A stretch of 64,000 nt of DNA from an uncultured Clostridia bacterium (lineage in GTDB: Bacteria > Bacillota > Clostridia > Lachnospirales > CAMZNU01): contig CAMZNU010000009.1 of NCBI GenBank assembly GCA_947313885.1, positions 64,396-128,395 of the forward strand. The letters run 5' to 3'. Positions 1 to 9,194 of this stretch are shown in pieces. The notes beneath the pieces are model-generated. The model searched no databases. It was not told the origin of the DNA and worked only from the letters and a program-made list of their open reading frames with translations. Every line of letters begins with the position of its first letter. Positions within the stretch are counted from its first letter, which is position 1. The translations under genes and the position numbers were made by a program.

Positions 1-35
1 ATACAGGTAGTCTTTCGCACAGAGATGAACATTTT

Positions 36-1397
36 TTGAAAAAAATAAGAAGCGGAAATACAAGTGAAGAAGAAAAAGTGAGTATGTGGACGTATATACC
101 AGATAGTCCTAAAAAAATATTATCAATGTTATCAGATGATGAATTTATAAGATATAAAATTTTAAATGTTTCATTATTAGATGAACTATATGATATGTAC
201 GAATTAGAAGAGTATAGAATGGTATATGTAATTATAGGTATTGTAAAATTAATATTACAAGAAAAAAATCTTAACTTCATATCATACTTTGTGAAATATG
301 GGAATAATATTTATAATTTTATGGATGATATTGATAGGCATGATAACGAGATACACAAAACAATGATAAAAAATAAATCTATATTTACGCAAGATGAAGT
401 TAAAAAATATATAATACATTATTTTTTTTATTGTAATATAGAGTTAGGGATAGCAAATATAGTAGAAGAATATATTAATGACAATGGTATGGGAGAATAT
501 ATCGAAATAATAAAAATGTGTAGTAAAGAAATATCTTTCTTAGAAAGTGGTGTTACTTCAGAAGATAAAAGTAATGCAACAAGTTTATTAGAGTATAATT
601 GTACACCTATTGAAGTGAAAATATATATAATGAAAAAACTAAATACAAAAGAAATGATGAAAAGATTAATAGAAATAGAGTGTAAACAAATAGAAGAAAG
701 CTTAAAAAAAGAAAAAGGAATATTTAGTGATAATTTTGATGAAATTAAAGAAGCGAAATTACAAAATAGAATATTGATGATATACATATTACTTAAAGAA
801 GTTGACAACAAACATAATATAGATATTATAATATCAGATTATCGTAGAAATATTTTATTTGGTGACGTAGTTGTAAAAGAATTTGAAAGTAAAAAGAAAA
901 AAATAGAAAATATTGAACAATTATTAAATGAAAAATTTACATTAAAGAGTACAAGAAAGAAAACTAATGAGATAAAAAAAATAATATATATGATATCGGA
1001 GAAAATTAGAAAAGACAGAGAAATAGGAAAAGAAATAGAAAAATTAGTAAGAGAAAAAATAAAAGAAAGGAAAAATATAAATAAAAAAGAAGAATGGGAA
1101 CTAGTAGAAAACTTCAAAAAACAAACAACTCAAAAAGTAGATGATAAAATAATACATAAAGAAGTAGCAGAGATAATAGAAAATCACTTAAAGTACCAAA
1201 TAATAAAAAACAACATAAACGAAGTAATAAAGAGTAAAGAAGAAATCAACTATGATTTATTAAAAAAATTATTAGAAGATGAAGAAATTGAGATAGTAAA
1301 TAGAAGAAAATTATTAAAAAGCAAAGAAGACACAATAGACGTAGAAAAAGCCCATTACTTTAAAGAGATGTTAAATAAACCGACCATAAAAAAATAA
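36..1397 (+). CDS. hypothetical Lys/Glu-rich protein with a coiled-coil-like C-terminal half; possibly 5'-truncated by the window edge
   Basis: ORF track gives 453 aa starting at a TTG at 36. The same frame is open back to base 3, so the true start may lie upstream of the window. No motif recognised. A hairpin terminator follows. Confidence 0.5.
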   Translation: MKKIRSGNTSEEEKVSMWTYIPDSPKKILSMLSDDEFIRYKILNVSLLDELYDMYELEEYRMVYVIIGIVKLILQEKNLNFISYFVKYGNNIYNFMDDIDRHDNEIHKTMIKNKSIFTQDEVKKYIIHYFFYCNIELGIANIVEEYINDNGMGEYIEIIKMCSKEISFLESGVTSEDKSNATSLLEYNCTPIEVKIYIMKKLNTKEMMKRLIEIECKQIEESLKKEKGIFSDNFDEIKEAKLQNRILMIYILLKEVDNKHNIDIIISDYRRNILFGDVVVKEFESKKKKIENIEQLLNEKFTLKSTRKKTNEIKKIIYMISEKIRKDREIGKEIEKLVREKIKERKNINKKEEWELVENFKKQTTQKVDDKIIHKEVAEIIENHLKYQIIKNNINEVIKSKEEINYDLLKKLLEDEEIEIVNRRKLLKSKEDTIDVEKAHYFKEMLNKPTIKK

Positions 1398-1408
1398 TCC
1401 ATCAAAAA

Positions 1409-1447
1409 GGGAAGTAAAAGACATAGTCTTTTACTTCCCTTTTTTTA
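1409..1447. terminator. bidirectional intrinsic terminator between convergent genes
   Basis: Stem gggaagtaaaagac / gtcttttacttccc with loop ata. It is flanked by an A-run on the left and a T-run on the right. Confidence 0.8.
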
Positions 1448-1486
1448 TTATACCTATCTTCCCTTTCCTTATCTTATCTTTATATC

Positions 1487-2095
1487 TTACCTACCTTTAA
1501 AACTTTCTTCTAACTTATCAAACTTCTCCATTACGGCATCGTATGTATCTAAAGATATTTGAGGCATATCATCATTCCAAAGTTCTTTAGCTTTAGCAAA
1601 ACCATCATCGATAGCATCACGAAGTAAATCAAGTTTAGAAGGATCACCATTAGCAAGGGCTTTAGCAAAGTCAACGATTCTATCAGAAGTTGCATCAACG
1701 CTATAATAACCACCTTCGGCAACATCTTTTTGAGCTTGCAGTCTAACGTCTTCAGAAATTTCAACGACAACGTCATCACCAGCTTTAATACCGTCAAAAA
1801 TGTTATCAAACTCTGTTAATAGAGAAGTACCATTAGCAATAGAATTAGCTTTAACTTGATTGAAAATAAGTTTTTCAAATAAGTCTGCCATTCTTTGTGT
1901 TGATTTTTTAGATTCTTCAAGAAGTCTATTTACTTCTTTAATATCTACTTCATGAAGATCCTCAGTATTTTTTTCGTAAACAACAGCATCGGAATCATGT
2001 TTTGTTGAATCTGTTTTAGTTTGTTGTTTATTTTTTAACGGTTTATCGTTTGAATTGTAAGTATTAACATTCCTTGTTATAGAATTTAAGTTCAT
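1487..2095 (-). CDS. hypothetical protein with a conserved helical C-terminal domain (possibly DUF5610-like)
   Basis: 202-aa ORF. The C-terminal segment GGYYSVDATSDRIVDFAKALANGDPSKL...GFAKAKELW...MPQISLDTY resembles, from memory, the DUF5610 family. The N-terminus is polar and low-complexity. Confidence 0.5.
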   Translation of the reverse strand: MNLNSITRNVNTYNSNDKPLKNKQQTKTDSTKHDSDAVVYEKNTEDLHEVDIKEVNRLLEESKKSTQRMADLFEKLIFNQVKANSIANGTSLLTEFDNIFDGIKAGDDVVVEISEDVRLQAQKDVAEGGYYSVDATSDRIVDFAKALANGDPSKLDLLRDAIDDGFAKAKELWNDDMPQISLDTYDAVMEKFDKLEESFKGR

Positions 2096-2154
2096 AAAAT
2101 CACTCCTTATATAAATAGTATTTAAATAATATATCGTCTTTTATTTCAAAATAA

Positions 2155-2727
2155 TTATAAACTTTGTATATAATTTTTAATAATAAGTTTACAATCTTTA
2201 TTAGTATTAATAAAAGAGTGTTCAAATATACGTAAATTTATAAATTGGTCATAAGTATATTTTTTATTTTCGGCGCATAAAAGGTCATAGTAAAGTTTAT
2301 AAGTTATAGATGTATTAGAGTTACAAGAAATACATTCTTCTAATAAAGTTTTGCAATATGAAAAATAATTATTTTTAAATAAAGTTTTAGAACAGCTATT
2401 TAATAAATAAATATAATTCATATAATTTTCTTCATATGAAGAAATTAGAGAAATGTCTTCTTCGATATCAATATTTTTAATATTAGGGTTAGGTAGAACC
2501 ATTTTTTTATAACTAAGGTTAGTTAAAGTAGGCAATGAATTATTAATGAAAACATTAGGAGTTTGTATAAAAGAAAAATCGTTAATATTAGGAGTTATAA
2601 AAGAAATAGGTTGTACATTTTCAGATGGTGCATCAATAATGTTTTTAAATTCACCATCTTTGTGATTTAATTTTAAAGAAAAATTAAGAAAAATAACGAA
2701 TGCTATTACAATAGGAAAAAAAACCAT
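2155..2727 (-). CDS. hypothetical N-terminally membrane-anchored protein
   Basis: The ORF track ORF runs 2155..2772. I prefer the internal ATG at 2727 (MVFFPIVIAFVIFLNF...) because GGAGGTG sits 5 nt upstream. There is one hydrophobic N-terminal segment. The gene sits 59 nt upstream of the 1487..2095 gene on the same strand. Confidence 0.5.
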   Translation of the reverse strand: MVFFPIVIAFVIFLNFSLKLNHKDGEFKNIIDAPSENVQPISFITPNINDFSFIQTPNVFINNSLPTLTNLSYKKMVLPNPNIKNIDIEEDISLISSYEENYMNYIYLLNSCSKTLFKNNYFSYCKTLLEECISCNSNTSITYKLYYDLLCAENKKYTYDQFINLRIFEHSFINTNKDCKLIIKNYIQSL

Positions 2728-2812
2728 TTTAACACCTCCATAAATAATAAATACATTATACAATTTATACATAAATTATGCTATAATTATTTATATAAAA
2801 AGGAAGGTAAAG

Positions 2813-4651
2813 ATGGAAAATATAAAATTAAATGAAAATCAGATGAAAGCTGTTGAATATAATAAAGGTGCTATGATAGTTTTAGCAGGACCTGGTAGTG
2901 GAAAAACTACGGTTATAACATCGCGGGTAAAAAATTTAATAAATAAAGGAGTTATGCCTCATAGAATATTAGTAATCACATTTACAAAGTCAGCAGTAAA
3001 GGAGATGGAAAGTAGGTTTAAGGAACAATATCAAATAGAAGGAAGAGTAATGTTTTCAACTTTTCATTCTTTGTTTTATAAAATAATAAGGGAATTTTAT
3101 AACTGTAATTTAAATAATATTATAAATGAGTTTGATAAAAACAATATTATGAAAAGTATAGCAACAAGGTTTAAAGTGAACTATGGTAATGAGGAAGAAT
3201 TTTTAAAAAACATAACAAAGGAAATATCATTAGTAAAAAATGAGCTTATAAATGTAGAGGATTATAATTCATTAAATTTTAGTGGTGAAGATTTTAGTAA
3301 GATGTACAATGCATATGAGGAGTTTAAAGAATATAACAATAAAATAGATTTTGATGATATGCTAACAAAATGTTATTACTTGCTAAAGTCCAATGAAGTG
3401 ATTTTAGAAAGATGGAAAAATAAATTTGATTACATCTTAGTAGATGAGTTTCAAGATATAAACAAAGTTCAGTACTTAACGTTAAAAATGTTAGCAAAAG
3501 GTAATATTTTTGTTGTAGGTGATGATGATCAAAGTATATATAAATTTAGAGGAGCGAGACCAGAATTTTTATTTGAGTTTATAAAAGATTATGAAGATGT
3601 TGAAAAAATAATATTAGATACAAATTATAGGTCAACAGATGACATTATTAAATTAAGTAATAAAATAATAAGCGATAATAAAAATCGCTTTCCAAAACAA
3701 ATAAAAGGAGTAAAAGGAAAATTCAAACCTCCTATATTAATAAAATCAAAAGATATAAATGAAGAGAGTTTAATTATAAGTAAGAGAATAAGAAATATGG
3801 TTAGAGAGCAAAAAGTAGATCCATCAGATATAGCTGTAATATTTAGAAACAACATACAAGGGCGTGGAATTGCTTATGGGCTAGAAGATTTGAACATTCC
3901 ATTTTTATTAAAAGATACAATACCTAGTATATATAAACATTTTGTAGTTATAGATGTGCTAGCATACTTAAGACTTGCGTTAAACAATAATGATGGTGAG
4001 AGTTTTGCAAGAATAATAAATAAACCTACGAGATATATGAGTAAAGTAATTACAAATAAAATAAGAACAAGACCATTTTACACTAATGGGGTAGCAGGAA
4101 TAAGAGAATGGGAAGTAAAAAAAATGCAAGAGATGGAGTTTTATGTAAAGGCATTAAAAAAAAGGAAACCTTACGATGCGATAAAATATTTAAGAAAAGG
4201 AATAAATTATGATTCATATATTGAGGAATATGCAAAATATAAAAATATAAAACCAAAAAGTTTATTTGAAGTGTTAAACGAAATTATGGAAATATCAAAA
4301 AAGTTTGAAACAATTGAGGAATTTATTTTATATTGTGATGTACAAAAAGATAAAAAAAATGATATAATGGAGCAAGGTGTAGAAGGTGTGGAAGGCGTAA
4401 CGTTAACGACGTTCCATAGTGCTAAAGGCTTAGAATTTAAAATAGTGTTTATTATATCAGTAATAGAAGGATTAGTACCATATGAGTTAAGCAAAACAGA
4501 ATCAGAAATAGAGGAAGAAAGAAGATTGTTCTATGTAGGTATAACAAGGGCAAAAGAAACATTGTATTTAAGTGTAATAAAAACAAGATATGATAAAGAT
4601 GTAGAAAATTCAAGATTTATAAAAAACATAACTAAAAAGGAGAATAAATAA
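2813..4651 (+). CDS. UvrD/PcrA/Rep-family ATP-dependent DNA helicase (short form, 612 aa)
   Basis: Walker A AGPGSGKTT, helicase motif II VDEFQDIN, the VGDDDQSIYKFRGA motif, TNYRS, and C-terminal TFHSAKGLEF / YVGITRAK motifs. Confidence 0.85.
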   Translation: MENIKLNENQMKAVEYNKGAMIVLAGPGSGKTTVITSRVKNLINKGVMPHRILVITFTKSAVKEMESRFKEQYQIEGRVMFSTFHSLFYKIIREFYNCNLNNIINEFDKNNIMKSIATRFKVNYGNEEEFLKNITKEISLVKNELINVEDYNSLNFSGEDFSKMYNAYEEFKEYNNKIDFDDMLTKCYYLLKSNEVILERWKNKFDYILVDEFQDINKVQYLTLKMLAKGNIFVVGDDDQSIYKFRGARPEFLFEFIKDYEDVEKIILDTNYRSTDDIIKLSNKIISDNKNRFPKQIKGVKGKFKPPILIKSKDINEESLIISKRIRNMVREQKVDPSDIAVIFRNNIQGRGIAYGLEDLNIPFLLKDTIPSIYKHFVVIDVLAYLRLALNNNDGESFARIINKPTRYMSKVITNKIRTRPFYTNGVAGIREWEVKKMQEMEFYVKALKKRKPYDAIKYLRKGINYDSYIEEYAKYKNIKPKSLFEVLNEIMEISKKFETIEEFILYCDVQKDKKNDIMEQGVEGVEGVTLTTFHSAKGLEFKIVFIISVIEGLVPYELSKTESEIEEERRLFYVGITRAKETLYLSVIKTRYDKDVENSRFIKNITKKENK

Positions 4652-4652
4652 C

Positions 4653-4778
4653 ATGAGTGAATCAAAAAGAGGGAAAAAAATACATAGGAAGAAAATGTTA
4701 GCAGGATTTTTAGCGGGAATATTTATATTATCGACAATAGCGGGTGGTGTAGGAGTTTTAGTGGCGATGTTTCAATAA
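4653..4778 (+). CDS. 41-aa small membrane protein (not in the ORF track)
   Basis: ATG at 4653 lies 2 nt after the helicase stop, with AAGGAG 8 nt upstream. Translation is MSESKRGKKIHRKKMLAGFLAGIFILSTIAGGVGVLVAMFQ, a basic N-terminus followed by one transmembrane helix. Confidence 0.5.
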   Translation: MSESKRGKKIHRKKMLAGFLAGIFILSTIAGGVGVLVAMFQ

Positions 4779-4865
4779 GGTAAAAAATTAAAAAAAGCAA
4801 CAAAGATAAAATAATATGTTAACTAAAATTGATTATAATAACTAATAAAAGTAGGTAGGTGTATT

Positions 4866-6737
4866 ATGGACAAGAAAAAAGAATTATTTGAAACAGATTT
4901 TGATGATATATTTTCAAAAGGTGCAGAAATTTCAAAAAGCGTAGAAACTTCAAAAAGTAGCACAGAAGATACGCCAGCGCCAGAAAAATTAGAAAATTCG
5001 AAAAAAATTAAAAGAAAAAAAGATAAAGTAGAGACAAAGTTATCAAGGTTTAGAGATAAAGTATTTAAAAAAAGAACATTGAGAAATTGGATAGAGTTAG
5101 GAGTAATGGTGGTTTTAGCGATAGTGTTAATTGCTTCTATCGTATATAAAAAAATACTAGAAGAAGAAATAGAAAATGAAATAGTATTTGCGAAGGTAGG
5201 TAAATCAATAGGTAACACACCAAACTATATATATATAAATAAAGACGTACACGATATAACAGTTCCTAGCCTAAAAAAAATATTGTTTGATAATGAAAAA
5301 ACGATATTATATTTTAATAAGAATATCGATCTAAATGATTATATTATATTTTTAATAGACGAGTATGGAAATTACTATAGTAAATTCGAAGCTAATACAG
5401 AAAGCTTAGAATTTAAAATAGCTACATTAGAGCCGGTCAAAAAAGAAATAAAAAGGTTTGAAGTAGTGGTATTAGATAGGTATGACAAGTTCGATCATTT
5501 TTTTAATGTTAAGTTAGACAAGAAAATAGATATAAAAAATAGTAAGTATTCACTAGGTGATTATTATGTTAAAAACATAGACAAAAGATCAAAAATAAAG
5601 TTGTCAAATGCTGTATTTTCACAATCGGCGTCTACAACTACACTGTTTGTTCCAAAAGGAAGTAAAGACGTTAAGTTTAGATATGGTCTAGATTATGTAG
5701 ATGATAAATATATAGATAAGAAAATAAACCTGATTGAAAATAAAAACTACTTAAACATCTATGAAGATCAAAGTAAATCATATGAAATTAGACGTTTAGG
5801 AGGCACTATGCATAAAATAAGCTTTGAGCCTTTAAAAATGTTAAATAACAAAATTAGAATAGAAATAACAGGTTTATTTATAGAGTATTATGTTAATAAA
5901 ACATTTAACGTTAGGGATTTGTTATTAAGAAATATAGATGATTACAAATTTGAGCTTGATAATTATGAAGTTAGGTTAGAGGGGCTAAGACAATATGGAG
6001 ATTATAATGTTTTAGTTGCTGATGCAATAGACCTTACTAAAGTTCAAGAGTTTGAAGATAGAAAGAAAGAGGCGGAAAACAAAAGAAATGCAAAAAGACC
6101 TATAAGAAATATTTATGATGACATTGAAGAGGAAAAAATAGAGATAGAAGAGATAGAGTTTAATGAAGATGATGCAAAAGTTTCGGTTTATATAAAAGCA
6201 TATCTTGAAGTCTTTAAAGATGAAGAATTTTATAGAGTGTACGGAGAACCCAAAGTTAAAAAAGAAGGTACAGATATAGTATTTTTTGATGAGAGATTAA
6301 AAGGTTTAACGTCTAGAGATTTTAAATTAGTGATAGAAAATGTCGCATTTAAAGAAGAAACAGGAATAATAGACATAGACGTAAATACTTTAGATGAAGA
6401 AGCTCCTCCAGCAGTATTTGTAAAGTATAAAGAATTTGCAGACGAATATTTCGGGAATCAAATAGGTGGGAAATTAACACCTGAGCTAGCAAAGGAGCTT
6501 AAAGGTGATATAGAGAGCATTATATTTAACGAGAAACAATGGTTATTAATCTCTTATATAGCAAATCGTGATGAGGTAATAGCTATAGTGTTGGAAGAAT
6601 GGCACGGCGAAACAGATAAAGAATATATTAGATATAACGCAGAACATGAGGTGACGATTAGAAATATAAATGGTGAATTAATATTGTTAAAAGACATACT
6701 ACACAATAAACCAGAATTAAAAATTAGATATAAATAG
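4866..6737 (+). CDS. hypothetical single-pass membrane protein with a large extracytoplasmic domain
   Basis: 623-aa ORF. It has a polar, basic N-terminus, one hydrophobic helix (WIELGVMVVLAIVLIASIVY), then about 520 aa with no motif I recognise. GTAGGTAGGTG precedes the ATG. Confidence 0.55.
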   Translation: MDKKKELFETDFDDIFSKGAEISKSVETSKSSTEDTPAPEKLENSKKIKRKKDKVETKLSRFRDKVFKKRTLRNWIELGVMVVLAIVLIASIVYKKILEEEIENEIVFAKVGKSIGNTPNYIYINKDVHDITVPSLKKILFDNEKTILYFNKNIDLNDYIIFLIDEYGNYYSKFEANTESLEFKIATLEPVKKEIKRFEVVVLDRYDKFDHFFNVKLDKKIDIKNSKYSLGDYYVKNIDKRSKIKLSNAVFSQSASTTTLFVPKGSKDVKFRYGLDYVDDKYIDKKINLIENKNYLNIYEDQSKSYEIRRLGGTMHKISFEPLKMLNNKIRIEITGLFIEYYVNKTFNVRDLLLRNIDDYKFELDNYEVRLEGLRQYGDYNVLVADAIDLTKVQEFEDRKKEAENKRNAKRPIRNIYDDIEEEKIEIEEIEFNEDDAKVSVYIKAYLEVFKDEEFYRVYGEPKVKKEGTDIVFFDERLKGLTSRDFKLVIENVAFKEETGIIDIDVNTLDEEAPPAVFVKYKEFADEYFGNQIGGKLTPELAKELKGDIESIIFNEKQWLLISYIANRDEVIAIVLEEWHGETDKEYIRYNAEHEVTIRNINGELILLKDILHNKPELKIRYK

Positions 6738-6745
6738 GGAAAAAA

Positions 6746-6773
6746 GGGTTGTGGATTTAACACAGCCCTTTTT
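6746..6773 (+). terminator. intrinsic terminator
   Basis: Stem gggttgtg / cacagccc (one G-U pair), loop gatttaa, then a T-run. Confidence 0.7.
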
Positions 6774-6788
6774 AATAGGAGCTAACAA

Positions 6789-8405
6789 ATGTTAAAAATA
6801 ACAAATATGAAATTAAGCATAGATTATGAAGAAGAAGAGATTGCAACAAAGATAGGCAAAATGCTAAGGTGTGATGTAAAAGATATAGAGAGAATAAATA
6901 TAATTAAGAAATCAAAAGATGCAAGAAATAAAAGTAATATCAAATGGGTTATTACTTTAAGTATAGAAATAAAAAATGAAAATAAGTATTTAAACATAAA
7001 AAATGTATCCAAATTAGTAGTTAAAGAATATGAGGTAGAAAAAGCTAAAAGTGATAAGAGTCCAGTAATAATTGGAAGTGGACCAGCAGGATTATTTTGT
7101 GCATTAGTGCTAGCAAGAAGTGGATTAAAACCTATAGTAATTGAGCGTGGAAGCGATGTTGATACAAGAGTTAAAGTATTAGAAGAATTTTTAAATAATA
7201 AAAAGTTAGATGAAAATTGTAACGTGCAGTTTGGAGAAGGAGGTGCGGGAACTTTTTCAGATGGTAAATTAACGACAGGAAAAAAGGATAAGCGGATAAA
7301 TTATGTTTTACAGGAGTTTGTATTAGCAGGAGCGCCAGAAGAAATTTTATATGATGCAAAACCGCATATAGGTACAGATATGTTAATTAAAGTTGTAAAA
7401 AACATAAGAAATAAAATACTAGAATTAGGAGGAGAAGTTAGATTTAATAATATTTATGTTGATTTTAATGAAAAAAACTGTAATATAGTAAGTGTAGAAG
7501 TTGTGGAAAATAATAGGAGATACATTATAGAAAGCGACGTTGTAATATTAGCGACAGGACATAGTGCAAGGGATGTATTTGAGCAGTTGAATAAAAAAGG
7601 TGTAAAAATGCTAAGTAAGAAATTTTCGGTAGGAGTCAGAATAGAGCATAAACAAAAGTATATTGATAATGTACAGTACGGAGATTATAAATTAGCAAAA
7701 AAATTAGGATCAGCAGAATATAAAATGAATAAACATTTAAAAAATGGAAAAGGTGTTTACACTTTTTGTATGTGTCCAGGAGGAAAAGTAATAGCATCAC
7801 AAAGTGAAAAGAATACAGTGGTAGTAAATGGGATGAGTAATTATTTAAGAGATAGCGAAAATGCAAATAGTGCAATACTAGTATCTGTAGATGAAAATGA
7901 TTTTAAGGAAGAGTTAGGAACGACAGAAGATAACCCGTTAAACGGAATTTATTTTCAACGAAAGTTAGAAGAAAAAGCTTTTATAGCAGGAGGATCTAAT
8001 TATAATGCACCATATCAATTGGTAGAAGACTTGCTAGCAGGTAAAAAATCAACGTGTTATAAGGATGTAAAACCTAGTTACGATTTAGGATTAACGCCAT
8101 CTGACATAAATGAATTTTTACCAAAAGTAATAGTAGAAAGTATCAAGGAAGGGTTAATGAGTATGGATAGGCAAGTTAGAGGATTTGCGAGTAATGGAGG
8201 GGTAATGACAGGAGTAGAAACGAGGAGTTCATCACCTGTAAAAATTTTAAGGGATGAAAATTATGACTCTAGTGTAAAAGGGTTAAAAGTATGTGGAGAA
8301 GGTCCAGGATATGCAGGAGGTATAATGTCGGCTAGTATTGATGGAATAAAATGTGCTGAACAAGTAGTAAATAAATATAAAATAGAGTATGTAAATAAGA
8401 GGTAA
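6789..8405 (+). CDS. FAD-dependent oxidoreductase (COG2509-like NAD(FAD)-utilising dehydrogenase)
   Basis: 538 aa. Rossmann dinucleotide motif VIIGSGPAGLFCAL, plus the length and C-terminal GPGYAGGIMSA motif typical of this family. Confidence 0.7.
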   Translation: MLKITNMKLSIDYEEEEIATKIGKMLRCDVKDIERINIIKKSKDARNKSNIKWVITLSIEIKNENKYLNIKNVSKLVVKEYEVEKAKSDKSPVIIGSGPAGLFCALVLARSGLKPIVIERGSDVDTRVKVLEEFLNNKKLDENCNVQFGEGGAGTFSDGKLTTGKKDKRINYVLQEFVLAGAPEEILYDAKPHIGTDMLIKVVKNIRNKILELGGEVRFNNIYVDFNEKNCNIVSVEVVENNRRYIIESDVVILATGHSARDVFEQLNKKGVKMLSKKFSVGVRIEHKQKYIDNVQYGDYKLAKKLGSAEYKMNKHLKNGKGVYTFCMCPGGKVIASQSEKNTVVVNGMSNYLRDSENANSAILVSVDENDFKEELGTTEDNPLNGIYFQRKLEEKAFIAGGSNYNAPYQLVEDLLAGKKSTCYKDVKPSYDLGLTPSDINEFLPKVIVESIKEGLMSMDRQVRGFASNGGVMTGVETRSSSPVKILRDENYDSSVKGLKVCGEGPGYAGGIMSASIDGIKCAEQVVNKYKIEYVNKR

Positions 8406-8406
8406 A

Positions 8407-9132
8407 ATGAAGAGAATAACAAAAATAATGTGGAGAATATTAAAAGTAAGTTTATTTATGTGGATATTAATAAGTTTACCTATATTCCGAATAGATAATA
8501 TAGAAATTATAGGAAATGAAAGTTTAACATCAGAGTACTTAATAGAAGAATTAGAAATAGAAAAAAATAAAACGAATATATTTTATTACAACAAAAAAAA
8601 AATAGAAAAAAAATTAGAGCTTAAGCCTTATATAAAAAAAGTAAAAATAGAAAAAAAAATACCATCTAATGTAAGAGTAATAATATTAGAGAGGGAAGCA
8701 TTACTATATCTACCTTACAAAAACAATGAATATATATATATTGATAAAGAAGGTATAGTTTTAGAAGTTTCAGAAGGTAAAAAAGAAGATGTACCAGAAA
8801 TAATCGGTATCAAATATGAAATATTTAATTTAGGGGAAAAATTAAATACCGAAAATGAATTAAAAATAAAGGGAATATATGAACTATTAAATAAAATGGA
8901 GAGATATGGTTTGAACATGAAAAAAATAAAAATAGATATTCAAGACAGAAAAAAAATAAAGATGAATTATAACAATGTTCAAATACATATAGGAGAGTTA
9001 TCAGAATTAGACTATAAGGCAAGAATGTTAAAAGGTATAACGGATGCATTAGTAGATAGGGGTGAGTTAAGAGGAGTAATAGATATAAGTAATACAAACA
9101 TAGAACCATATTTAGTTTTTGAAAAAAAATAA
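8407..9132 (+). CDS. ftsQ: cell division protein FtsQ/DivIB (POTRA domain)
   Basis: 241 aa. An N-terminal transmembrane helix is followed by a POTRA-like segment (IDNIEIIGNESLTSEYLIEEL...). It sits immediately upstream of ftsZ. Confidence 0.7.
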   Translation: MKRITKIMWRILKVSLFMWILISLPIFRIDNIEIIGNESLTSEYLIEELEIEKNKTNIFYYNKKKIEKKLELKPYIKKVKIEKKIPSNVRVIILEREALLYLPYKNNEYIYIDKEGIVLEVSEGKKEDVPEIIGIKYEIFNLGEKLNTENELKIKGIYELLNKMERYGLNMKKIKIDIQDRKKIKMNYNNVQIHIGELSELDYKARMLKGITDALVDRGELRGVIDISNTNIEPYLVFEKK

Positions 9133-9194
9133 ATATGTATAGTAATTTATAAAAATATATAGTATAATTTAAAAAATAGTCTGGAGGTATTGCT

